NCBI GenBank assembly: GCA_037441385.1
Contig: JBBISH010000094.1
Location: forward strand, 1-25,683
DNA from: Myxococcales bacterium
GTDB lineage: Bacteria; Myxococcota_A; UBA9042
DNA: 25,683 nucleotides
Reading direction: 5' to 3'
In this document: piece after piece, positions 14,699-24,403 of the stretch
How positions within the stretch are numbered: position 1 is the first letter of the stretch
How the letters are laid out: each line of letters opens with the position of its first letter
The notes under the pieces: model-generated
The model's input: the letters and a program-made list of their open reading frames with translations, nothing else
Databases searched by the model: none
Told to the model about the DNA's origin: nothing
Position numbers and translations under genes: made by a program

Positions 14699-17600
14699 GT
14701 GTCCCTTGCCGTTTTTCGCAGCGCTCGTGCCGAGGACCTTGCCAGCGCACTGGCACGGCAACTGCAGGCTACGCCTTGCGATCCCTTTGAACCGGTGGCG
14801 ATCGTGGTCGGCAGCCGCGGCATGGAGCGCTGGCTCCGCCACCAGTTGGCGACGCGGCTGGGCATCGCCGCCAACCTGGATTTTCCCTTTCCACGTCAAG
14901 CGTTGGATGGCCTGGCCGCGCGTCTGCTGGCCGGCGAAGGGAGCGCCGCTGCGGCGGTGGGCAAGGCGGCCGCAGACCGCTGGCAGGGCGACGCCCTGAC
15001 CTTCCGGGTGGTGGCGGCGTTGCGCGCGCGGCTAGATCACCCCGAATTCACCAACGTTCGCGCCTATTTGCAGGATGGAGATGCCAAGGCGGCTGCGGCG
15101 AGCGGCACGAGCGCGGTGGAATTTCGCGAGCTGGCCTTTGCCCGCGAAGTCGCCGACGTGCTGGACAAACTGCTGCACGACCGCCACGCCGACGCGCTGC
15201 AGTGGGCGACCGCGCCCGAGCAAGCCGGCCCCCACGCGTGGTTGGCCGGGTTGCTGGCCGACCTGGGGGCGGCCGAGGCCGAGTCCCCAGCGCAGGTGCG
15301 GGCGCGGTTGCTGGCCCAGCCGCCGCAGACGGTGGCCAACGTCGCGCCCTTGCGGCTGTTTTGTCTGTCGACCTTGGGGCCCTCGGACCGGGAGATGCTG
15401 GCGGCGCTGGCGGCGCGGGTGCCGGTCGAGCTGTACCTGCTGGCGCCCAGCCAGGCGTGGTGGGCGGATATCCACAGCCGCAGCGAGCACTTCCGGGCCC
15501 TGCAGCGCGCCGCGACCGCCGCCGACCTGGCCGAGCTGGAGCGCGAGCGCACGAGCCAAAATCGCCTGCTGGCGGGGCTGGGGATCCCCAGCCGCGACGT
15601 GCAGATCTGGCTGGAAACGCTGACTTATTCCGAGCCTACGTTGCCGCGTGCCCCGGCGGAGGTCGGCAGCGACTTGCAGCGGGTGCAGGCGTGGATCGGC
15701 GCGGCCGGCGACACGGACGAGTTGGCGCAAGCCGGTTTGCAGGCCGACGGCAGCCTGGCGCTGCACAGCTGCTGGGGCGCGCTGCGGCAGGTCGAGGTGC
15801 TGCGCGACCAGTTGCTCGACCTGTTCCAGCGCCACCCCGGCGCGATCGAGCCGCGCGATGTGCTGGTGATGACGCCGGATATCGAGACCTTTGCGCCCCT
15901 GGTCGCCGCGGTGTTCGCCCGGCGCGGGCCGCTGCAGCCCCCGGAGTCGTCGCAGGTGCCGGGGCAGACCAAGCACAGCACGCAACTGCCGGCGATTCCT
16001 GTGAGTATTGCCGACTTGGGCCTGGTCCGCGTCAACCCGGTGGCCGAGGCGCTGCTGGCGGCGCTGGCGCTGGCGGACGGTCGGGTGAGCGCGCCGCAGC
16101 TCTACGCGCTGTTGGCCCTGGAGCCGGTGCGGCTGCGCCTGGAACTGAGCGTGGACGACGTGGCGGACTTGCGCGAGTTGATCGACGAGTCCGGCATGCG
16201 CTGGGCGCTGGACGCGCAAGACCGGGCGGCGGCGGACCAGCCTGAACTCGAGCAGAACACTTTGGATTTTGGCTTGGAGCGCCTGGCCTTGGGGGCGCTC
16301 TTGGCCGACCCGCTGCCGGGTGAGGTGGTCGCACTGGCCGGCGCGGACGTAGTGCCCGTGCCGCTGGCGTCGGCCGAGCGGGTGCGGCGGGTGGCGGCGC
16401 TGGCCCAGGTGGTGGGGGCGGTGCGGGCCGCGCGCGAGCGGCAAAATCAGCAGCGCGGCGGCCGGACTCTGCGGCAGTGGCTGGGCGAGTGGCACACGCT
16501 TTTGGACGATTTCACGCAGACCACCGCCAAAGCCGGCTGGCTGACGGCCCAGGTGCGCGGCGAGCTGGAGGCCCTGGTCCAGGCGGGCGAGCAGCTGCAA
16601 CCCGTTGGGACGGCAGACGGATCGACCGAGCTACGCCTGTCGCTCGCGGCGGTGCGGCGGGCGCTGCGGAGCCGCTTTGACCTGCCGGTGCGCGGCGACC
16701 GCGCCATCACGGGGGCGGTGACGGTGTGCGCGCTGCAGCCGATGCGCTCGGTGCCGTTCCAGGTGATTGCACTGCTGGGGATGGACGACGGCGCCTTTCC
16801 GGTGGCGCGGACGCGGCGGGCCTGGGATCCCTTTGGCCAGGCCAAGCCGGGCGAGCTGGACCCGCGCCTGACGCAGCGGCACCTGCTGCTCGAGACCCTG
16901 CTGTCGGCCCGCGAGCGGCTGTTGGTGTTCTGGAACGGCTTTGGCAGCAAGCCGGGCGAGGTCCATGCGCCCGCTGTGCCGATCGTGGAACTGCGTGATC
17001 TGCTTGCCGAAACCAGCGCACTGCCGGTGGATCGCTGGGTGACGGAGCACCCGCTGCAGCCTTGGAGCCCGCGCACCTTTGGGCCGGGCCACTTCACCTA
17101 CGACGCGGCGATGGCGCGGGCGGCGGCGGAGCTCATGCAAGTCCAGGCCGGGCAAAGGCAACCGGCGGCGGTGGGGTTGGCGGCGACCCGGCCGGGCGAC
17201 TGCCTGCCCGAAACCAATCCCCCGGCCAGTGTCACCATCGACGAGCTGGCGCGCGGCCTGGCCCGGGCCGGCGACCTGTTCTTGCGCGATCGGCTGCAGC
17301 TGGTCCCCGCAAGGGATCCCAGCGAGTTGCAGGACCGCGAGCCCTTGGAGCTGAGCGGGCTGGACCACTGGGGCGTGCGCGACGAGGTGCTGCGCGCCCT
17401 GCTCGACCAGCCCGACAGCCGCGACGTGCCCGCCCAGGTGACGCGGCGGCTGCAGGCCCAGGGCCGGCTCCCGCTGCAGGCCGGCGGCCAGCGCCTGGTG
17501 CAAGATGTTTGCGCGACCGTGGCGGAATTGCTACAAAGTTACCGGCAGGTACAGGGCGAGCCCGTCGGTCCCGCAGCGCCCCTGCGTGCGGACGTGAGCC

Positions 17601-18259
17601 TTCCGGCTGCGACGGGGCTGCGGACGGTGCAGGTGCAGGGGCCGGACCTGGCGGGGCACCAGCTGGGCGGCGAAGTGCTGCTGGAGTGGCTGAGCCCAAG
17701 CCGCAGCGACAGCGCCAAAGCTCTGTTGCGGTCTTGGGTTTACCTGCTGGTGGCGCGCGCGTCGGGGCGGCCGGCCACGGCGATCCGCGCGGTGGGCCAC
17801 GGCGACGCTCCCTCGGGCGGCAGTCGCGGGCGGGTGGGTCAGGTGGCGGGGACGGTGTTGGCCAGCACCGCGCAACCCCAACAAGCATCCGAGCTTTTGG
17901 CAGACCTGGTGGCCCTCTGGCAGGCTTGCCGCGACCGGCCATTGCCGCTGTTTGCCAAGTCGTCGCTGGCTTGGGCACAGACGGCGGGGGCGGCGCCGGG
18001 CAAGCAGCGGGCGGCGGTGCGCGGCAAGTGGCAGGGAACCGACGATCGCGACCCCGGCGACACCAGCGACGCGGCGGTGCGCAGCCTGTTTGCGGGCTGG
18101 GACCCGACCGAGCACCTGGATCCCAGCGAAGGGCCTGAGTCTTTTGCCGGCTTGGCCCTGCGGGTCTACGGCCCGATCCTGGACGCGTTGGCTGCGGGCA
18201 CAGCGGTTTCTGCCCAATTCTTTGCGCCGCGGGCCGCCGACGCCGAGGAGGCGGCATGA
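14699..18259 (+). CDS. recC: Exodeoxyribonuclease V gamma subunit
   Basis: DPFEP..IVVGSRGMERWL...GIAANLDFPFP, HSCWGALRQVEVLRDQLL, PRDVLVMTPDIE, GLERLALG, L.PMRSVPFQVIALLGMDDGAFP, HPLQPWSPR. Confidence 0.96.
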   Translation: MSLAVFRSARAEDLASALARQLQATPCDPFEPVAIVVGSRGMERWLRHQLATRLGIAANLDFPFPRQALDGLAARLLAGEGSAAAAVGKAAADRWQGDALTFRVVAALRARLDHPEFTNVRAYLQDGDAKAAAASGTSAVEFRELAFAREVADVLDKLLHDRHADALQWATAPEQAGPHAWLAGLLADLGAAEAESPAQVRARLLAQPPQTVANVAPLRLFCLSTLGPSDREMLAALAARVPVELYLLAPSQAWWADIHSRSEHFRALQRAATAADLAELERERTSQNRLLAGLGIPSRDVQIWLETLTYSEPTLPRAPAEVGSDLQRVQAWIGAAGDTDELAQAGLQADGSLALHSCWGALRQVEVLRDQLLDLFQRHPGAIEPRDVLVMTPDIETFAPLVAAVFARRGPLQPPESSQVPGQTKHSTQLPAIPVSIADLGLVRVNPVAEALLAALALADGRVSAPQLYALLALEPVRLRLELSVDDVADLRELIDESGMRWALDAQDRAAADQPELEQNTLDFGLERLALGALLADPLPGEVVALAGADVVPVPLASAERVRRVAALAQVVGAVRAARERQNQQRGGRTLRQWLGEWHTLLDDFTQTTAKAGWLTAQVRGELEALVQAGEQLQPVGTADGSTELRLSLAAVRRALRSRFDLPVRGDRAITGAVTVCALQPMRSVPFQVIALLGMDDGAFPVARTRRAWDPFGQAKPGELDPRLTQRHLLLETLLSARERLLVFWNGFGSKPGEVHAPAVPIVELRDLLAETSALPVDRWVTEHPLQPWSPRTFGPGHFTYDAAMARAAAELMQVQAGQRQPAAVGLAATRPGDCLPETNPPASVTIDELARGLARAGDLFLRDRLQLVPARDPSELQDREPLELSGLDHWGVRDEVLRALLDQPDSRDVPAQVTRRLQAQGRLPLQAGGQRLVQDVCATVAELLQSYRQVQGEPVGPAAPLRADVSLPAATGLRTVQVQGPDLAGHQLGGEVLLEWLSPSRSDSAKALLRSWVYLLVARASGRPATAIRAVGHGDAPSGGSRGRVGQVAGTVLASTAQPQQASELLADLVALWQACRDRPLPLFAKSSLAWAQTAGAAPGKQRAAVRGKWQGTDDRDPGDTSDAAVRSLFAGWDPTEHLDPSEGPESFAGLALRVYGPILDALAAGTAVSAQFFAPRAADAEEAA

Positions 18260-21200
18260 GCCCGACTTTGTGGCCGCCCGCCGGTCCGCTGCCGCCGCAA
18301 CCGCGGCTGTTCTTGGAAGCAAGTGCAGGCACGGGCAAGACTTTTGCGATCGAAGGCATCGTCGTCCAGCTGGTGGCCGAGGCGGACTTGCCCATCGACA
18401 AGGTCCTGGTCATCACGTTTACCAAGGCGGCCACCGCCGAGCTGAACGACCGCGTGCGCCAGCGTTTGGCCAGCGTGTTGCGGGTGCTGCAGGGCGTGCA
18501 GCCGGCCGGCGGCGACGTGTTGGCGCAGCGGCTTGCGGCGTCACACGACCGGGCCACCTTGGCGGTACGGTTGGCGCGGGCGCTGGCCGACATCGATCGC
18601 GCGCCGATCGCGACGATTCACAGCTTCTGCCAGCGGATGCTGCAGGAACTCGCCTTCGAGTCGGGCCAAGAGGCCGAGCTGGAAGTGCTGGGCGAGGCGG
18701 CCGAGGTGCGCGAGCAGCTGGTGGCCGACGCGCTGGCCAACGTGTATGCCCGCGCTAGCGAAGCGCAATTGGCCGCGCTGGCCGACATGGGCTGGTCGCC
18801 CGACGGGCTGCGCGAGGTGACCAAGGCGATGACGGGCGCCAGCGAGCCGCGGCTGCGGCCGGAACCCGAGCCGCGGTATCAAGATCCGCTGACGGTGGCG
18901 GCGGCCTGGCAGGCGGAGCTGGCTCGCCTCGCGGCGTGGTGGCTCGGCCCAGAGGGGCGCGCCGCAGTGGCCGCGTGGGAGGCCGAGCTGCAGCGGCCCA
19001 GCAAGTCGGCAGCCAAGGGTCAGCCGCACAACCGCCTGAGTCGCGGGCCCAAAAACGTCGACGCGGCCATGCAGGGGTGGCTGACGAGCGGCGGCCGGCG
19101 CGGCGAGCGGCCCTTCGAGGCCAATACCCACTGGCTGGACCCGCAGGTGCTGCGCGGCAAATGGGACGCAAGTGGCGGGCCGGTGGAGCAATTTGCCGGC
19201 TACCCGCTGGCGCTGCAGTTCCAGCGGGCCTGCCAGGTCCAGGACATGCTGTGGCCGCAGCCGCTGGTGCACTTTGCCGCGGGGGTGCGCCGGGCCTTTC
19301 AGGCCGAGATCGACCGCCGCGCCCAGCTGACCTACGACGGCATGCTGTCGCGGCTGGCCGAGCGCCTGATGGACGAGCGGCGGCAGGGCCGCAGCACGCT
19401 GGCCGAGGCGATCCGTCACCGCTACCGGGCGGCGCTGGTCGACGAGTTCCAGGACACGGACTCGGCGCAATGGCAGGTGCTGGATTGTGTTTTTGGCGTG
19501 GCTGGCACGCGGCTGTTGGTGGTGGGCGATCCCAAGCAGTCGATCTATCGGTTCCGCGGCGCCGACCTGGACGTGTACCTGGCGGCGCGCGCGCAAGCCG
19601 AGTGCTTCCAGCTGGGCACGAATTACCGCAGCGACCAGCCGCTGGTCGAGGCCCTCAACCATCTGTGGCTCGAAGGGAATTTGCCGCTGAGCATGGCCGA
19701 CGGTCCGGGCGCCGCCACGGTGCGCTATGCCGGCGTCGCGGCGGACAAAGGCCTGCGTTTGCGCGATCTGCCGGCGTTGGCCGGGGCCCCGCAACGCCCA
19801 CGCCGCCCCGTGGAATTCCGCCTGTGCACGGCCACTTGCGACGGCGGCGAGCCGACCAGCGCCCCCAACCGCGGGGAGCTGGTCGAGACCTTGGCGCAGC
19901 TGTGCGCGCAAGAGTGCCAGACGCTGCTGGAATCGGCGGCCATGCTGCTGGACAAGTCGGGGCACGAGCGCCCTTTGCGGCCCGGCGACCTGGCGGTGCT
20001 GGTGGCCAGCCATCGCGAGGCGGCGAGCCTGGCCAAGTACCTGGCGCAGCGGCAGATCCCGGCGGTGACCGCGGCGCGCGGCAGCATCTTCCACAGCCTG
20101 GCCGCGGACTGGCTGGCGGCTTGGCTGGACGCGGTGGCGAACCCGACCAGCGAGCGGCCGGCGCGGCTTTTGGCCGTTTCGCCGCTGGTGGGCTGGACCG
20201 CCGACCAGCTGACCCGGGCCATCGCCGAACCCAACGAAGGCGAGCCGCTGACCGCCGACCAGCTGGCCTGGCAGGACCTGCGGCAGCACCTGACGACGCT
20301 GAGCAACCTCTGGCCTGCCCAGGGTTTTGCTCGGGCGCTGGACCAGACGCTGCTGCAGTTCGACGTTTTGGCGCGCCTGCTGGGCAGTCTGTGGGGCGAG
20401 CGCGGCGCCACCGACCTGCGGCACCTGCTGGAGCTGGGCCAGGCCGAGGACCGGCGCACGCGGGGCGGGCCGCGCGGCCTGGGCGAGTGGCTGCGCGGGC
20501 GAATGGCGGCGGCCGACGACCGCAACGACGAGCAGGCGACCCGGCTAGAGAGCGATGCGGCGGCCGTGCAGCTGGTGACCACTCACGCCAGCAAAGGCTT
20601 GGAATACCCGGTGGTGCTGCTGCCGTTTGCCTGGCCGCCGCGCACGGAGTCCGAGTCGGGGCAACCGCTGCTGGTGCGGTCGAACGGCGTGTCCGTGCTG
20701 GATCTTTCGGCCAAGGGCACGGAACCGCGCGGCGAGGCGCTGCAGTGGTCGGACGCTGCCACCCAGGCCGAGTCGGTGCGGCTGTTGTATGTGGCGATGA
20801 CGCGGGCCCGCCACCACGTGGTCGCATGGCTGAACCGCTACGACGTCGCTGCCGCCGGTCCCCTGGCGCGGCTGGTGCTGCAGGGCGACAGCCCGGGCTG
20901 GTTGGAGCGCTGCCGTCCGGCCAGTGACAAAAAGGCGAGCGCGGCGGCGGATAAACAGGCGGCCTGGCTGGGGGCGCTGACGACGCGCCTTGCGGAGATC
21001 GAGCGCGACCACCCCGACCACTTGGGTTGGAGCGAGGAGCTGCCGCCGGCCCCGGCGTCGCCGTGGCGGCCGCGCGCTAGTCAAGCCGTGATCATGCCGC
21101 AGGCCCTGCCCTTCCGCGCCGAGCTGCCGCTGGGCTCGCATTGGCAGGTGGCCAGCTTCAGCTCGCTGGCGGCGGGGCGCGGGGTCGACGACGACGAGCC

Positions 21201-22320
21201 GACGCGGGCGCTGGCCGAGCTGGGCAACCCGACGCTGCTGACCGGTGCAAGCGAAAATGCCGAAGAACCAGCGGACGTGGCCGAGGTCGAGCTGCAGGCC
21301 CTGGGGGATCTGGGTCGCCACGCCTGGCTGTTGGAGCCAGCTGCAGGCGCCGACCTGCCGGGGGGCACGGCCACGGGCGATTGGATTCACGGCGTTTTTG
21401 AAGAGATGGACTTCACCCGTCCGCCACTGACGGCCAAGGATGGGCGGCCCATCCACAGGCTGGTGGGCGAGCTGGCGCAGCGGTTTGGCGTCGTCCCCGG
21501 CCCAGTCGAGGCTACAGACAGGTTGGCCGAGCTGTTGCCGCAGTGGCTGAGCACGCCGTTGGCGCCCACTGGGACTCTGCAGCTGCCCGTGGATTTTGCC
21601 CTGGGCGGGCTGGCGTTGGAGCATCGCCTGGACGAGCTGGCCTTTGACTTGCGCCTGGGCGCGGGCGCCGACTACCGACCGGCCCAGACCACGGAACCCG
21701 TTGCAAGCACAGGTCGTTTGGATGTGGCCGGGGTGCGCCGCGCCTTTGCCCTGGCCGCCGCTGACCCCGAGTTTGGCGGGGCCCACTGGTGCCAGGCCCT
21801 GCTCTGCCAAAGCGACGACCAGGTGCGGGCGCTTTTGCCCGAAATCGCCGGGTTCTTGACCGGCTTCATCGACCTGACCTTCCGCGTCGGCGGCCACGGC
21901 GCGGCGGCGCGCTACTATGTGGTGGACTACAAAAGCAACGCGATTCGCGGGCCCGAGTGGCTGGCCGGCCACCTGGCGATGGTGGCGCGGGCGCAGGGGC
22001 GCGAGGCGCCGCGGTTGGCCCAAGTTCACTACACGCGGCCGCTGCTGCAGTGGGCGATGGCGCACGCCGGCTACCACCTGCAAGCCCTGGTCTACACGCT
22101 GGCTTTGCACCGGATGCTGCAGGCGCGCCTGGGCAGCGTGTACAGCTACGACCGCCACATCGGTGGGCATTTGTACTTGTTCTTGAAGGGGATGGCCGGG
22201 CCGAGCACGCCGCGCTGGCAGGGCCACTGCCTGGGCGTGTGGGCCGACCGCTGGCCGCGCGAGGCCGTCTTGACCCTGGATCGGGCGCTGCTGGGCCTGC
22301 CCACTGCCGAGGTCCAATGA
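18256..22320 (+). CDS. recB: Exodeoxyribonuclease V beta subunit (SF1A helicase + C-terminal nuclease)
   Basis: EASAGTGKT, TFTKAATAEL, TIHSFCQRML, LVDEFQDTD, VGDPKQSIYRFRGAD, THASKGLEYP, RLLYVAMTRA, nuclease GFIDL...VVDYKSN, YHLQ..Y. ATGA overlap with recC. Confidence 0.97.
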   Translation: MSPTLWPPAGPLPPQPRLFLEASAGTGKTFAIEGIVVQLVAEADLPIDKVLVITFTKAATAELNDRVRQRLASVLRVLQGVQPAGGDVLAQRLAASHDRATLAVRLARALADIDRAPIATIHSFCQRMLQELAFESGQEAELEVLGEAAEVREQLVADALANVYARASEAQLAALADMGWSPDGLREVTKAMTGASEPRLRPEPEPRYQDPLTVAAAWQAELARLAAWWLGPEGRAAVAAWEAELQRPSKSAAKGQPHNRLSRGPKNVDAAMQGWLTSGGRRGERPFEANTHWLDPQVLRGKWDASGGPVEQFAGYPLALQFQRACQVQDMLWPQPLVHFAAGVRRAFQAEIDRRAQLTYDGMLSRLAERLMDERRQGRSTLAEAIRHRYRAALVDEFQDTDSAQWQVLDCVFGVAGTRLLVVGDPKQSIYRFRGADLDVYLAARAQAECFQLGTNYRSDQPLVEALNHLWLEGNLPLSMADGPGAATVRYAGVAADKGLRLRDLPALAGAPQRPRRPVEFRLCTATCDGGEPTSAPNRGELVETLAQLCAQECQTLLESAAMLLDKSGHERPLRPGDLAVLVASHREAASLAKYLAQRQIPAVTAARGSIFHSLAADWLAAWLDAVANPTSERPARLLAVSPLVGWTADQLTRAIAEPNEGEPLTADQLAWQDLRQHLTTLSNLWPAQGFARALDQTLLQFDVLARLLGSLWGERGATDLRHLLELGQAEDRRTRGGPRGLGEWLRGRMAAADDRNDEQATRLESDAAAVQLVTTHASKGLEYPVVLLPFAWPPRTESESGQPLLVRSNGVSVLDLSAKGTEPRGEALQWSDAATQAESVRLLYVAMTRARHHVVAWLNRYDVAAAGPLARLVLQGDSPGWLERCRPASDKKASAAADKQAAWLGALTTRLAEIERDHPDHLGWSEELPPAPASPWRPRASQAVIMPQALPFRAELPLGSHWQVASFSSLAAGRGVDDDEPTRALAELGNPTLLTGASENAEEPADVAEVELQALGDLGRHAWLLEPAAGADLPGGTATGDWIHGVFEEMDFTRPPLTAKDGRPIHRLVGELAQRFGVVPGPVEATDRLAELLPQWLSTPLAPTGTLQLPVDFALGGLALEHRLDELAFDLRLGAGADYRPAQTTEPVASTGRLDVAGVRRAFALAAADPEFGGAHWCQALLCQSDDQVRALLPEIAGFLTGFIDLTFRVGGHGAAARYYVVDYKSNAIRGPEWLAGHLAMVARAQGREAPRLAQVHYTRPLLQWAMAHAGYHLQALVYTLALHRMLQARLGSVYSYDRHIGGHLYLFLKGMAGPSTPRWQGHCLGVWADRWPREAVLTLDRALLGLPTAEVQ

Positions 22321-24284
22321 AAGGCTTGTACCTGCACAATTCCCAGCTGGGCGAGCGGGCGGCGCCGCTGCTGGAGGCCGGCGTGTTGAGCGACGCCGAC
22401 GTGCTGCTGGTCGACACGGCCCTGCGCCGCTACGGGTCGCTGGACCCCGCCATGCTGGTGGCGGCGGCGCTGGCGGTGGGGATGCAGCGGCGCGGCCATG
22501 TGGGCGTGAATCTGCTGCGCGCGACCGAGCTTGCGCCCCCTTCTGCTGACGCGGCGAGCGAGCTTTGGCCGCGTGACCTGCACGGCTGGGAGCGCGCGGT
22601 GCTGGCGTCGCCGCTGGTCAGCCTGGACGGTGCCCGCGACCGGCCGCTGGTGGCGCAACCGCTGCCGGACGGCCAGCACCTGCTGATGACACAGCGGCTG
22701 TGGGACGTGCAGGCGCGCCTGGCCGCGCAACTGCGGACGATGGCGAACGAAACGGCGGCGCACGCCCCGGCGGAGCAGCCCCTGCACACGGCATTGCAAC
22801 GGCTGTTCTTGCAGGGCGCCAAGCCGGAGCACCGCCCCGCCAAAGAGGCGCTGGCGACGGCGCTGGCCCAGGCGGCGCGGCGGCGGCTGACCCTGATCTT
22901 GGGCGGTCCGGGTACTGGCAAGACCTACAGCATTCGCCTGCTGTTGGCGGCGTTGCTGAGCGAGCGGACCGACTTGCGAGTGGTGCTGGCGGCGCCGACC
23001 GGCAAGGCCGCCGTGCGCATGACCGAAGCGATGCGCGAGGCCCAGGCTGCGGCGCCGACAGAGGATCACGTCGCGCAAACCCTGGCGAACCTGCCGGCGG
23101 CCACGGTCCACAAGCTGCTGGGCCGGCGGCCGGACGGGAGCGTGCGCCACGACGCGGACCACCCGCTGCCGGCCGACGTGGTGGTGGTGGACGAGGCGTC
23201 GATGGTCGACCTGCCGCTGATGGGCCAGCTGGTCGACGCGGTGGCGCCGGGTGCGCAGCTGGTGCTGCTGGGGGACCGCGACCAGCTCGCCAGTGTGGAC
23301 GTGGGCACGGTTCTGGCCGATATCGCCCAGGCGGCCAGCCAGCCGGAGTCGCCCTTGCACGCCAGCTTGGTGCGCCTGACCGTCAACTACCGGTTTGCCG
23401 ATGCGCCGCTGGTCAGCGCGGTGGCGGCGGCGGTGCAGGCCAGCGACCCGACCAGCTTGGCGCAGGCGGTGCAACTGCTGAACGGGCGCCGGCCGATCGC
23501 CCAGGAGCTGTGCGAGGTGGAGCCGATTCGCCCGGTCCAGCTGACCACCGTGGCCGACCGCACGGCGGCGATGGAGACCCTGGCGGCGCCCTATACCGCG
23601 CCGGGCGGCTATGCGGCCGTTCTGGGGGAATACCTGCGCCAAGGCGGTCGGGCCGCGCTGCGCGAACCGCGGGTTCGGCGGCAGTTGCTGTTCGCTTTGG
23701 GGCAGTATCGCGTGCTGGCCGCCCACCGATCCGGGCCCTTGGGGGTCGCCGGTCTGGAAGAGGCCCTGGGTGTGCGGATTCGCGACGCCTTGACGGCGGC
23801 GTGGCGCGAGCGCCCCGAGGCGACGGCGGGCAACCGCGACGAACTGCCGCGCGAGGCGGGGCTGTGGCTCGGTCAGCCGGTGCTGGTGACCGAGAACGCC
23901 TACGACGTCGACCTGCGCAACGGCGACATCGGCTTGGCGGTGTGCGGCGAGGGCCAGCAGCTGACGGTGCTGTTCCCGGTGGCCAGCCCGGCTGGCGAAC
24001 CCGAGGCTATGTGGCCCGGCGCGCGCGAAGTGCCGATCGCCCGGCTGCCGCCGCACGCGGGCGCGCTGGCGATGACGGTGCACAAAAGCCAAGGCTCGCA
24101 GTTCCGCCACGTGGCCCTGGTGCTGATCGACGGCCCGTCGCCGCTGCAGACGCGCGAGCTGGTGTACACGGCGATGACCCGCGCGCAAGTTCGCTTGACC
24201 TGGGCGGGAAGCGAGGCGGCTCTGCAAGCGGCGCTCGGGCGGACCGTGACGCGTGCCTCGGGCCTGGCTCCGCTGCTGGGGTAG
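22317..24284 (+). CDS. recD: Exodeoxyribonuclease V alpha subunit (SF1B helicase)
   Basis: ATG 22317 overlaps the recB stop (ATGA). GGPGTGKT, LAAPTGKAA.R, TVHKLLG, VVDEASMVD, LGDRDQLASV, NGDIG, AMTVHKSQGSQF, RELVYTAMTRA. Confidence 0.96.
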   Translation: MKGLYLHNSQLGERAAPLLEAGVLSDADVLLVDTALRRYGSLDPAMLVAAALAVGMQRRGHVGVNLLRATELAPPSADAASELWPRDLHGWERAVLASPLVSLDGARDRPLVAQPLPDGQHLLMTQRLWDVQARLAAQLRTMANETAAHAPAEQPLHTALQRLFLQGAKPEHRPAKEALATALAQAARRRLTLILGGPGTGKTYSIRLLLAALLSERTDLRVVLAAPTGKAAVRMTEAMREAQAAAPTEDHVAQTLANLPAATVHKLLGRRPDGSVRHDADHPLPADVVVVDEASMVDLPLMGQLVDAVAPGAQLVLLGDRDQLASVDVGTVLADIAQAASQPESPLHASLVRLTVNYRFADAPLVSAVAAAVQASDPTSLAQAVQLLNGRRPIAQELCEVEPIRPVQLTTVADRTAAMETLAAPYTAPGGYAAVLGEYLRQGGRAALREPRVRRQLLFALGQYRVLAAHRSGPLGVAGLEEALGVRIRDALTAAWRERPEATAGNRDELPREAGLWLGQPVLVTENAYDVDLRNGDIGLAVCGEGQQLTVLFPVASPAGEPEAMWPGAREVPIARLPPHAGALAMTVHKSQGSQFRHVALVLIDGPSPLQTRELVYTAMTRAQVRLTWAGSEAALQAALGRTVTRASGLAPLLG

Positions 24285-24403
24285 GAATTCGGCCAAAGCG
24301 CAACCGCGGGATTCCGCTTGACGAATCTGGCAATCTGCCGCAAATTCCGCGCCGCCTTTGGGCCCCCGGACTAGCCCGGCCACGCCAAGCTGCAAGAGGA
24401 ATC

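Noticed and set aside
14751..14766. Sigma54-like TGGCACG-N5-TGCA
   Set aside because: Lies inside conserved recC coding sequence (LARQLQ) with no downstream start that would need it.
2699..22653. At least ten E. coli Chi octamers (GCTGGTGG) on the + strand near recBCD
   Set aside because: All lie in + strand genes and are explained by frequent CTG-GTG (Leu-Val) codons in GC-rich DNA; Chi is also species-specific.
22700..24403. Apparent 965-aa ORF fusing the recD region to the lipoprotein
   Set aside because: Off-frame readthrough overlapping recD; the true start is ATG 24404 with RBS and signal peptide.
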